A DNA stretch of 29,516 nucleotides from NCBI GenBank assembly GCA_045106895.1, contig JBGCFM010000169.1:1-29516 (forward strand), given 5' to 3'. Shown piece after piece: positions 6,766 to 14,996 of this stretch. The notes under the pieces are model-generated. The model had not been told where the DNA came from. It made no database searches and saw only the letters and a list, made by a program, of their open reading frames with translations. The stretch is from Polyangiales bacterium. GTDB taxonomy: Bacteria > Myxococcota_A > Polyangia > Polyangiales > Houyiibacteriaceae. Made by a program: the position numbers and the translations under genes. How positions within the stretch are numbered: the first letter of the stretch is position 1; every line of letters starts with the position of its first letter.

Positions 6766-8754
6766 ATGGGCCTCGTCACTCTCTCTCGGCAGAAGAAATC
6801 TGCGTCCACTGCCAATCGCGCCAGCGCGTTTCTTCCCACCACACGCGAGGAGATGGAGGCACGCGGCTGGGACCAGCTCGACATCCTCATCGTCAACGGA
6901 GACGCCTATGTCGACCATCCGGCCTTCGGTGGCGCTCTCATCGGGCGTTTCCTTGAGGGGCGCGGGTACCGCGTTGGGATGATCTCCCAACCCGAATGGA
7001 AAGACACCAAAGACCTGCTTCGTATGGGCGCACCACGTCTCTTCGTAGGCATCACCGCCGGCAACCTCGACAGCATGTTGAACAAGCTGACAGCGCAGAA
7101 GAAGGTCCGCAGCGACGACCAATACTCCCCCGGCGGCAAAACAAATATGCGGCCCAACCGCGCCAGCGTTGCCTACTCCAACCTGTGTCGCGCGGCCTTC
7201 CCCGGCGTGCCCATCGTCCTCGGCGGCATCGAAGCCTCCCTCCGGCGCATCGCTCACTACGACTACTGGAGCGACTCCATTCGCCGCAGCGTTCTTATGG
7301 ACAGCAAAGCGGACATGCTCATCTTCGGCATGGCCGAGCGCCCCATTTGGGAGGTCGCAGACCGGCTCGCCGAGGGCGAAGATATCAAACAGCTCCACGA
7401 CATTCGAGGTACCGCCCACGTGCTGCGCAAGGGTCAGTGGGAAGAGCGAGAGCGGAGTCGCTTCGTCAGTGACGGCAAGACGCTCTTTCTCCCGAGCTAT
7501 GAAGAGGTCCGCGAAAACAAGGACACCTTCAGCCGCATGAGTGGCGCGTTTCAAAAAGAGACCAACCCCGGAAACGGGCGGCCGATGATTCAGCCGCACG
7601 GAAATGAAGCCGTCTACTTCAATCCACCAGCTCAGCCGCTCTCCACCGAGATCATGGACGGTCTCTACGACCTCCCCTTCACGCGTCTGCCGCACCCATC
7701 GTACACCGACCGCATCCCTGCCTACGAGACCGTTAAGCACAGCATCGTCACGATGCGAGGCTGCTTCGGCGGCTGCACGTTTTGCTCCATCACAGAGCAC
7801 GAAGGCCGCGTCATTCAGTCGCGAAGCGAAGCGAGCGTGCTCCGCGAAGTGCGCGCTCTTCGGCGCATGGAAGGCTTCCACGGCGTCATCAGCGACGTCG
7901 GTGGACCCACCGCCAACATGTACCAGATGAGCTGCAAGTCGGAAAAGATCGAGAAGGCGTGCCGAAGACTCAGCTGCGTGCATCCCGGCGTCTGCGAGAA
8001 CCTCCAGACGGACCACGGCCCCCTCGTCAGCCTCCTCAAGAAGGTGCGCGAAGAGCCGGGCATCAAGAAGGCGTTCATCGCGAGCGGCGTTCGCTACGAC
8101 CTCGCAGAGCTAAGCCCCGAGTTCGTAACAGACCTGGCCGAGCATCACACCGGAGGACAACTCTCCGTCGCGCCTGAGCACGTCGACGAGACCGTCTTGG
8201 ACAAGATGAAAAAGCCCGGCGCCGAGAGCTACGAACGTTTCGCGGACATGTTCGCCTGCGCTACAGAAAAGACCGGCAAAGAGCAGCACCTCGTTCCCTA
8301 CTACATCTCCGGTCATCCGGGTTCCACCCTCGAGAGCATGATCGAGCTCGCCCTCTACTTGAAGAAGCGCGGCCTGCGGCCACGTCAGGTGCAGGACTTC
8401 ATTCCCACGCCGATGAGCATGGCGACGAGCATGTACGTCACGGAACGTGACCCCTTCACGCAAGAGCCCGTCTTCGTTGCGAAGGACCTACGAAGTAAAC
8501 GCCTTCAGAAGGCGCTGCTCCAGTACTGGGATGTCGGCCAGCACGACCTCGCCCGAGAGGCACTCAAGAAGGCCGGTCGCACCGACCTCATCGGAAGCGC
8601 AGAACGTCACCTGATTCCTCCTGCGCAAGGCAAAGGCGCGCTCTCCATCCATGAACGGCGCAGGCGCAGCCAAGGTTCGAAACCACGTGGACGCACCGGG
8701 CGCCGCACTCAGAACGGTCGGCCGCCGCCGCGAAGCACCAAGAAGAAGCGTTAG
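6766..8754 (+). CDS. ygiQ: YgiQ/UPF0313 family radical SAM protein
   Basis: FLPTTREEM, GDAYVDHPAFG, GGIEASLRRIAHYDYWSD, CxxxCxxC (CFGGCTFC), ISDVGGPTANMY, QVQDFIPTP. Confidence 0.95.
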   Translation: MGLVTLSRQKKSASTANRASAFLPTTREEMEARGWDQLDILIVNGDAYVDHPAFGGALIGRFLEGRGYRVGMISQPEWKDTKDLLRMGAPRLFVGITAGNLDSMLNKLTAQKKVRSDDQYSPGGKTNMRPNRASVAYSNLCRAAFPGVPIVLGGIEASLRRIAHYDYWSDSIRRSVLMDSKADMLIFGMAERPIWEVADRLAEGEDIKQLHDIRGTAHVLRKGQWEERERSRFVSDGKTLFLPSYEEVRENKDTFSRMSGAFQKETNPGNGRPMIQPHGNEAVYFNPPAQPLSTEIMDGLYDLPFTRLPHPSYTDRIPAYETVKHSIVTMRGCFGGCTFCSITEHEGRVIQSRSEASVLREVRALRRMEGFHGVISDVGGPTANMYQMSCKSEKIEKACRRLSCVHPGVCENLQTDHGPLVSLLKKVREEPGIKKAFIASGVRYDLAELSPEFVTDLAEHHTGGQLSVAPEHVDETVLDKMKKPGAESYERFADMFACATEKTGKEQHLVPYYISGHPGSTLESMIELALYLKKRGLRPRQVQDFIPTPMSMATSMYVTERDPFTQEPVFVAKDLRSKRLQKALLQYWDVGQHDLAREALKKAGRTDLIGSAERHLIPPAQGKGALSIHERRRRSQGSKPRGRTGRRTQNGRPPPRSTKKKR

Positions 8755-8795
8755 GGTTCCAGACAGCATCATCGATTCGCGATATCACTGTTGAG

Positions 8796-10055
8796 ATGCG
8801 CCTCTCTCTTCTCGTGGCCGTGACCTCGACGCTTTGTTTCTCCTGCGGGGACAGCGCAGGCAGCCTCGACTCCTCGGTTCCGCCCCGGGCCGATGCCTCC
8901 CCACGCGATTCGGGGCCCGACGCCTCTCTGCCCGACGCCTCTGCACGCGATGCCGCTCAGCCCGACGCCTCTGCACGCGATGCTCTTCAGCCTGACGCGC
9001 CCGACAGCTCTCTGCCCGACGCCGCCGAACCTCCCAGCTTCCAGCCCCTGACCTTGCCTGCCGTCGGGTTCTGGGGCGCGGCGATGAACGGAGTCGGCAC
9101 CGGCGACTACATTGGCGAGACCGCCTCCTCATCCAATATCGCCTTCATTCGCGCAGCCACAGACGCGGAGTGGCAGGCGAAGATCGACCGCGCCGGCGCC
9201 CACGGTCTGCGGGCTGTTCTGATGCTCGAATCCGTGCTCTTTCCGTGGGCTTCCACGGAGGTCTTTCCAGACTACGAAGCACGATTCGACAACTTCTGGG
9301 AGGGACTTGGCGCAGAGCGTCGAGCAAACGTCGCAGGCTTCTACGTGTTCGACGAACCCTACTGGAAGAACACGTTTGACGAGTGGAACACGGTCACGCC
9401 AGAAGCGCTAAAGAGCGAACTGGAGTCCATCATCGACCTCGTCCACCGCGCGGCCCCGGAGAGGTTCACGGCGATCGCCTTTACCCACTACACCGTCGAC
9501 GACTCAAGCTTTGCCACGCTCCTCCCGTCGAACGTCGATATGCTGGGCGTCAATTGCTACCTCTCCTTTGGCGAGGACTGCAGCGAGTCTCAAATTGCAC
9601 GTCAGCTCGGACGAATGTTGGCGGCCAAACAGCCCGAACAAAAGCTCCTGCTGACGATGGACCTCTACGCGTCCACCCTTCCTGACGCGACCACTCGTCA
9701 GCTCATGCTCGCTCGTTCGCGCGCGTGGCGACGAATCGTCGGTCCTCACGTCAGCGAGGTCGGAGGCATCTTCCCCTTCATCTACCAAGACCACCTTCCC
9801 GAACGAATCTACGGCGGCGTGTCCATGCCCGAGGCCCTCGCGGAGACATCCATCTACATGGAGTCTGCCCTCGGAAGACTACGATGCGACACCGACGACC
9901 TCGTTCGAATCGTCGACGGAACCGTCGTCGACCGCTGGGTGCAAGCGCCCTACTGCGTGCCGGCCTGTGTGGGGCCGGACTTGGTGCGAATCGACGCTAT
10001 CGGAAGCGAGGTCGACCGCTGGGTAAACGCACCACCCTGCGTCACGGCGCTTTAG
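8796..10055 (+). CDS. Secreted lipoprotein with PDA-rich linker, putative glycoside-hydrolase-like TIM barrel and a duplicated C-terminal Cys motif
   Basis: Signal peptide/lipobox (CFS-CGD), PDAS repeats, GFYVFDEPY (DEP acid/base-like motif of clan GH-A folds). Function is inferred only. Confidence 0.6.
   Translation: MRLSLLVAVTSTLCFSCGDSAGSLDSSVPPRADASPRDSGPDASLPDASARDAAQPDASARDALQPDAPDSSLPDAAEPPSFQPLTLPAVGFWGAAMNGVGTGDYIGETASSSNIAFIRAATDAEWQAKIDRAGAHGLRAVLMLESVLFPWASTEVFPDYEARFDNFWEGLGAERRANVAGFYVFDEPYWKNTFDEWNTVTPEALKSELESIIDLVHRAAPERFTAIAFTHYTVDDSSFATLLPSNVDMLGVNCYLSFGEDCSESQIARQLGRMLAAKQPEQKLLLTMDLYASTLPDATTRQLMLARSRAWRRIVGPHVSEVGGIFPFIYQDHLPERIYGGVSMPEALAETSIYMESALGRLRCDTDDLVRIVDGTVVDRWVQAPYCVPACVGPDLVRIDAIGSEVDRWVNAPPCVTAL
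8931..8990 (+). repeat. 30-bp tandem duplication in the linker (PDASARDAxQ x2)
   Basis: cccgacgcctctgcacgcgatgccgctcag / cccgacgcctctgcacgcgatgctcttcag. Confidence 0.9.
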
Positions 10056-10122
10056 AGGATATCTCGGCGAGCGGCCAAAGAAGCCACAAACGACCTTTTG
10101 CGAGCACATAAAAGACATCCAA

Positions 10123-10155
10123 GGCGCATTTGTGCGTGAATTTATCAAATGCGCC
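10123..10155. promoter_or_regulatory. Perfect 10-bp inverted repeat in an AT-richer intergenic region (hairpin or operator)
   Basis: GGCGCATTTG-N13-CAAATGCGCC; no U-tract follows. Confidence 0.45.
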
Positions 10156-10235
10156 CTCGCTCACAATCAGTCAGGAGACGCGAGACGCCCCGCGCGACGG
10201 GCCACGGCAGACCAAGCGGTTTAGGGTGAGCGCCC

Positions 10236-10799
10236 ATGGAGATCCAAAAGCACCTCGAGTTGAAGCTTCAAGAGTTCCTCACGCGCGGCGTGGACCTAGG
10301 ACGCGCCGAAGAGCGCGCCATCAGTGAGCAACGCAAAGCCAAGGTGGACGGTCCGGACGCATGGACGCAACGCATCGCCGCGGCAAACCTCATCGAGCAA
10401 TACGCGCGACATACCGCACTCAAGTCACTCCTCACGGGTTTGCCCGGAGGTATCGCGGCGATCCCTTTGACCTTTATCGACGCCGGCGGTGTCCTGAGCG
10501 CACGCGCCGAGCTCGCCGTCGCCCTGCATCTTCTCGTCGACGATGAGTTCACAAAGCAAGAAGCGTGGCGCTCCGAGATTCTTGCCGCGAGCTTCGAGCT
10601 CCCTGAGGTCAGCGCCCAGGGCGCACGCAGCATCGCCACCCGCATCGTTCGTGACGTCATCGCGACGCGCGGCGTTCGCTTCGTCGCCAAACGCCTCGGC
10701 CGACGCTTGTTCCCCGTCGTCGGCGGCCTCTTCTCCGCGGGCATGACCTACCGCTGGATGCACCTCGAAGGCAAACGCATGGCGCGAGACCTCGTGTGA
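10236..10799 (+). CDS. EcsC-like family protein
   Basis: TGLPGG..AIP..D and late P(V)VGG..SA..Y pattern typical of EcsC-like proteins; TAGGGT 8 nt upstream of the ATG. Confidence 0.65.
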   Translation: MEIQKHLELKLQEFLTRGVDLGRAEERAISEQRKAKVDGPDAWTQRIAAANLIEQYARHTALKSLLTGLPGGIAAIPLTFIDAGGVLSARAELAVALHLLVDDEFTKQEAWRSEILAASFELPEVSAQGARSIATRIVRDVIATRGVRFVAKRLGRRLFPVVGGLFSAGMTYRWMHLEGKRMARDLV

Positions 10800-11092
10800 A
10801 CGAGAGCATCTTTGTCGAAGCCCTCGAACTCGAGATGTGGCTTCTCACGGTCATCATTCTTGGGGTCTTCGCGTTCATTAGCTGGCTTGGCTACCGAAGC
10901 GCACGAAATCGGCGCGCCCTCGTCGATTCCGGAAAACTCTGCCTTTACTGCGATTCCAAAGACGTCGTCATTGGTTTTCGCGGACTGCTTTGCAACGCTT
11001 GTGGTGAGACAACTTCCCAAGCTCTCCTCGACGCAAAGGGACCGAGTGACGCTGAGCTTCGCAAGATCTACAGGCCTCCAAATCCCGACTGA
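10796..11092 (+). CDS. Small membrane protein with a Zn-ribbon
   Basis: GTGA overlap with the upstream stop (alternative ATG about 10835); one TM helix; CLYC...CNAC. Confidence 0.65.
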   Translation: MNESIFVEALELEMWLLTVIILGVFAFISWLGYRSARNRRALVDSGKLCLYCDSKDVVIGFRGLLCNACGETTSQALLDAKGPSDAELRKIYRPPNPD

Positions 11093-11098
11093 GTCCGC

Positions 11099-11569
11099 AT
11101 GAGCCACAACATCAGCGGCGTGGTCAGCGCCGGGCGCTTCTGTGGGCTAGCTGAATATGACACTGCCGCCCACGAACTGCGCGGCGGCTACAAGCTCATC
11201 TTCATGGATCACCACTACACCGAGTACTGGGCCAAGAAGCTGAGCATCGCCGGTTCGCTTGAACTTCCAGCATCGATGGACCCGATCCTGCTCCCTTACG
11301 ACCGGGTCATCGCGGAGCTTCTCAAGCGCACGACGCATACGCCGCGTTTTGCCATCGTTTGGACGGAGTACTTCGGCGGAGTCGGCGACCAGCGGGCGGC
11401 GGCATACGAAGGCGAAGTGCTCCTCGAGTGTGACGGAACCATCAACAGTGCACTCCGACAGCTGGGCGCCTCCCGGGGAGAGCACCGCGATGAGTTCGAC
11501 GCCCTTGGGCTCCAGCACATTCGTGGCAATCCCGATGCTGTCACCCAAGCGTGGACCAAGTACCCGTAG
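11099..11569 (+). CDS. Conserved hypothetical protein
   Basis: 6 nt after the previous stop; protein-like sequence with TEYFGGxGxQ...INxALxxLG...DEFDALGL motifs. Confidence 0.75.
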   Translation: MSHNISGVVSAGRFCGLAEYDTAAHELRGGYKLIFMDHHYTEYWAKKLSIAGSLELPASMDPILLPYDRVIAELLKRTTHTPRFAIVWTEYFGGVGDQRAAAYEGEVLLECDGTINSALRQLGASRGEHRDEFDALGLQHIRGNPDAVTQAWTKYP

Positions 11570-11639
11570 ACGCATGTTCGCGTAAACCGCGTTCGCTTAG
11601 ACCCGGTACGGGACCGAGCGCGGCCCTGGCGAGTCGCCT

Positions 11640-13748
11640 CTAGGCGAGCCAGCTGATGTCGTAGACGCACTCGTCGTCTCCGAGCGCCGGCGTGCTCGAC
11701 AGGTTCACCTCGACCTCTTTGGCACCGAAACGGTCAAGGCTCCGGTCGAGGAAACCGATGAGGAACACGGATCCAACGAGAGAGGACTCGCCGACTTCCT
11801 CGATCTCGAAGCGCGCGAAACCGCGGCCGACGCCCGTTACTCGACCCACGATGCCGCGGTAGAAGTCCCGCAGAACCTCCGGCATGGCGCGCATGAGCTC
11901 CTGAGGCGGGGGCGCCGGCGGTCGAACCGCGCGCATGCGATCGAAGGCGCTCTCGGCAGCGGCACGTCCACACTGAACGACGAGGTGCAGGTCATCGCGC
12001 CCGAGCGTCGCATCGATATGACCCATAAGCGTGTTGTGGTCCTCGTAGCGGATCCACGACTCCGGCACGATGCCCGAGCCAAACACCTCGTGCGCGGGGT
12101 TCGGCAGCGTGAGGAGCAAGTCCGTCAGCGCGCGCTCGCCAAAGCGACGCGACACGAAACGCAGCACAGCCAAAGGCAAGGAGCCCCGCACGCTTTTTGT
12201 GCGACCCAAGGCGCCATCAAAGGCGGTCCCAAGGCGGGTCATGTCGGCGCCGCCACCGTCATGCATTGGGAAGTCCTTCGCGCGCTGACTCGGCATTCGC
12301 GGCGGCGCCGGCGTGGGCGTCGGCATCGGCTTCGGATGGCGTTCTCGCTTCGCCTGCCGAGACGCTTCTCGGCGGGCCTGGTGGGGCGCGTCGCGGCGTG
12401 GCGCCTCACGACGTGGGGCGCGCGGCTCGTCCCCGCTTGTCACCGTTGGCCGAACGTCACCGCGGACGCGCGGCTTTGACGGGCGCTCACGTCGACGCGC
12501 GCCGATCATGGGCGGTGGCGCTGGGGCTGCCACGACGCGCCCCTTCTTTCTTTTCGGGGTCGCCTGAGGGACCTGACTTCCGCGCCGAGGCGGCGGCACC
12601 GTTTCGCGTCGTTGCTTTGGCGTCTCCGCTTGTGGAGCCGTCTCTGACTCCTTCGCGCGCTCCGCCCGAAAGCGCTCTCGGAGCGCATCGAGATCTTCGA
12701 CGGGGCGACCGGTAGCGGCGTCGATGGCGCTCCGCCGCTGCGTCTCTCGCGCACGAAGACGAAGAAGGTCCATCGTAAAGCTGTCGCTACCGGCGTCCGC
12801 AAAGTCCGGGATCACGCGTCCGCCAAACGGCACCAACGCTGCGGCGAACTCCGCGGCGCTGGAGAAGCGAGCTTCCCGCTTCTTGGCGAGTGCTTTCTGT
12901 ACGACGGCGTCGAGGCCACGGGGCACATCGTTGCGAATACTGCACAGCGATGGCGCGGGTTCTTTTCGGACTTTTCGTGCGAGCTCGCGGAACGTCGACG
13001 CGTCAAAAGGACGGCGTCCCGCAAGCATCTCGAAGAGCACGACGCCGATGGACCAGACATCGAGACGAGGGTCACGCCGGTCGTCGCCTTTGAGTCGCTC
13101 CGGCGCGGCGTAGGCCGGCGTCCCGACGAGCGTCCGGGTCGGCGTGAGCGCGGCCTTGCCGCCGTCGATGCGAACCGAGGGCTGGATGAGGGCCGCAAAA
13201 CCGAAGTCGCAGAGCTTCACGAAGTCACGGTCCCCGAGGAGCGCGATGAGCATCATGTTCGCTGGCTTGAGATCACGGTGGAGAATCCCCCGGTCGTGCG
13301 CCGCCGCGAGCCCCGCCAAAGAGTGCGTGGCGATATTGCACGCACGCGCCATGGACAGCTGCCGCTCCTCGTGAATGGCCTCGGAGAGCGAGCGCCCACG
13401 CAGGTACTCCATCACGAGGTATGGACGTTTGCCTTCATAGCCGAAGTCGAGGACATCGATGATGTTCGGATGACCAATGGCCGCAGAAGAGCGCGCTTCG
13501 CGAACGAAACGTTCGACGGCCGACGGGTTCTCCGCTGTGCCCGCGTGGAGAAGCTTGATGGCCACGAAGCGTCGCAGCACCGTGTCCGCGGCTTTGTACA
13601 CGGCGCCCATGCCGCCATCACCGAGGAGCCGCACCACGTGGTAGCGCTTCTGGATGGTGGTCCCGATCAGCGCTTTGGCTGCTCTTCGGTTGGCATGCTT
13701 GTCGGCCGGCAAGCGCGGAGTGTCTCCCGCATCTAGCCTCTCTTGCAA
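11640..13748 (-). CDS. Cytoplasmic Ser/Thr kinase with a Pro/Arg-rich linker and a C-terminal H-NOX/V4R-like (myxobacterial DUF2378-like) domain
   Basis: LGDGGMGAVY, VAIK, HRDLKPAN, DFG, APE; C-terminal domain VRG...FVSRRFG...W...GRAAAE...CVYDISW. The TTG start is uncertain. Confidence 0.88.
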   Translation of the reverse strand: MQERLDAGDTPRLPADKHANRRAAKALIGTTIQKRYHVVRLLGDGGMGAVYKAADTVLRRFVAIKLLHAGTAENPSAVERFVREARSSAAIGHPNIIDVLDFGYEGKRPYLVMEYLRGRSLSEAIHEERQLSMARACNIATHSLAGLAAAHDRGILHRDLKPANMMLIALLGDRDFVKLCDFGFAALIQPSVRIDGGKAALTPTRTLVGTPAYAAPERLKGDDRRDPRLDVWSIGVVLFEMLAGRRPFDASTFRELARKVRKEPAPSLCSIRNDVPRGLDAVVQKALAKKREARFSSAAEFAAALVPFGGRVIPDFADAGSDSFTMDLLRLRARETQRRSAIDAATGRPVEDLDALRERFRAERAKESETAPQAETPKQRRETVPPPRRGSQVPQATPKRKKGRVVAAPAPPPMIGARRRERPSKPRVRGDVRPTVTSGDEPRAPRREAPRRDAPHQARREASRQAKRERHPKPMPTPTPAPPRMPSQRAKDFPMHDGGGADMTRLGTAFDGALGRTKSVRGSLPLAVLRFVSRRFGERALTDLLLTLPNPAHEVFGSGIVPESWIRYEDHNTLMGHIDATLGRDDLHLVVQCGRAAAESAFDRMRAVRPPAPPPQELMRAMPEVLRDFYRGIVGRVTGVGRGFARFEIEEVGESSLVGSVFLIGFLDRSLDRFGAKEVEVNLSSTPALGDDECVYDISWLA

Positions 13749-13763
13749 CCCATCAAGCGTACT

Positions 13764-13943
13764 TTAGGTGCCGAAAACCTGACTGAGGACGCCGCAGACC
13801 CAACTCAAGAGCGCCAACGTCAGCAGCGAGAAGACGACGAGCTCTGCGATCGGCACCTTCCTCGCTTGGGCAAGCTCGTCCGGAGCACTGGGGCCCGGAA
13901 TTCCTCGCAGCAGTTCATCCAGTTCGTTGTCGTTCATGGTCAT
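13764..13943 (-). CDS. 59-aa single-TM protein, putative minimal anti-sigma factor
   Basis: ATG 13943 (or 13937), 7 nt after the ECF stop, with AAGGA upstream. MTMNDNELDELLRGIP..., then a TM segment LVVFSLLTLALLSWVCGVL. Confidence 0.6.
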   Translation of the reverse strand: MTMNDNELDELLRGIPGPSAPDELAQARKVPIAELVVFSLLTLALLSWVCGVLSQVFGT

Positions 13944-13950
13944 GGTCTCG

Positions 13951-14502
13951 TCATCCTTCTGCGTTTTCCTCTTGCAGCGCCAAACGCAGGCGGGACCGCC
14001 CCCGGGCCACACGCTGACGCACCGCCTCCACCGAGGTCTCGAGCACCTCCGCCGCTTCGGCGGCGCTAAGCTCTTGCATGCAGACCAGCACGATGGCCTC
14101 GCGCAGGCCCAGCGGCAGTCGCTGGAGCGCTCCCTCGACGCGACCCAGCTTCGAGCTTCCGTCGAAGGCAAGCTCCGGCGAGGGATGTGACGCACGCGGC
14201 CAGAGGGCCAGGTCGCGCATCCGATCGATGTCCAGCATGCGCCGGCGTCGCTGGTCGATAAATAGGTTTCGCGTCACACGAAGCAGCCAAGGCCGCAGCG
14301 TCGTGCACTTCTCCGGCGGGCTGAGCGCGAGTCGGGTGAATACCTCTTGGCAGAGGTCTTCGGCGAGGCTGCGCGACCCGCTCAGGCGAAACGCAAACCC
14401 CATAACCGCGTCTCCGTGCCGCCTGTAGATCTCTGCGAACGCATCGTTCTTCTTCGCCGTCGATCGCAGGCTTAGCAGCTCCGTATCGCTGGCAGCGTTC
14501 AT
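13951..14502 (-). CDS. ECF RNA polymerase sigma factor
   Basis: Start ATG 14502 (MNAASDTELL). Region 2: AFAEIYRRH...LAEDLCQEVF...WLLRVTRNLFID. Region 4: LPLGLREAIVL...EAAEVL...VRQRVARGR. Confidence 0.92.
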   Translation of the reverse strand: MNAASDTELLSLRSTAKKNDAFAEIYRRHGDAVMGFAFRLSGSRSLAEDLCQEVFTRLALSPPEKCTTLRPWLLRVTRNLFIDQRRRRMLDIDRMRDLALWPRASHPSPELAFDGSSKLGRVEGALQRLPLGLREAIVLVCMQELSAAEAAEVLETSVEAVRQRVARGRSRLRLALQEENAEG

Positions 14503-14504
14503 GT

Positions 14505-14864
14505 CTAGTGAAGGGGTCCAAGGCGACGAACGCCGGAAGCGGTCGCGAGCCAAGAGAGCGCGAGGAGCGAGAAACCGCTGACCGCTGGCGCGAGGGCTTC
14601 GCCGATCCCCGTCATCACGATGAGCGCGAGGTCGGGACTCTGGGCCCACTCCGGGTTATTCGGCACATGGGTGAACACGGCGGCGAGGTCCGCGGCGATG
14701 GCGGCGAGGACGACGAAGACCGTCGCGACGGAGAGAGAGCGGATCATTCCGATGTGCCGGTCCGCGGGCTTCGCCATAAACCACACAGCCGTGCCGAGGG
14801 TCGCCCCTCCCATCAATAGAACGAAGAGGCCTGGCACCCCACCTGCTTTGACGAACTCGAACAT
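14505..14864 (-). CDS. Small 3-TM membrane protein, MotA/TolQ/ExbB-like
   Basis: AAAGGAG SD 6 nt before ATG 14864 (MFEFVKAGG); three hydrophobic segments; GIGEAL resembles the GIxEAL motif of MotA/TolQ/ExbB. Confidence 0.65.
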   Translation of the reverse strand: MFEFVKAGGVPGLFVLLMGGATLGTAVWFMAKPADRHIGMIRSLSVATVFVVLAAIAADLAAVFTHVPNNPEWAQSPDLALIVMTGIGEALAPAVSGFSLLALSWLATASGVRRLGPLH

Positions 14865-14911
14865 CCCCATCTCCTTTGTCGCTTGGAGGCCCCTGTTGGC
14901 CTCGACAGACA

Positions 14912-14937
14912 AACGAACGACAACGGAGAACGTGACA
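14912..14937 (-). promoter_or_regulatory. Candidate ECF-type promoter TGTCAC-N16-CGTT
   Basis: Minus strand TGTCAC gttctccgttgtcgtt CGTT, about 50 nt upstream of the first gene of the ECF cluster. Confidence 0.4.
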
Positions 14938-14996
14938 AGTTTCTTCGCGAGCGTTGGACGCTGCTTCCTCAGCGGTTCAGAGCAGCGAAGCGAGAA

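Noticed and set aside
6085..8016. 643-aa minus ORF, and similar long ORFs at 15744-17030, 17889-19010, 24340-25284 and 26316-27269
   Set aside because: Antisense shadows of well-supported genes (kinase/ygiQ, ligA, regulator, kinase, protease).
13951..14502. Phosphorylation-activated ECF (EcfK/EcfP type) driven by the nearby kinase
   Set aside because: Region 2.2 keeps the acidic LAED (DAED-like) motif rather than the Ser/Thr substitution of kinase-activated ECFs, and an anti-sigma candidate is present.
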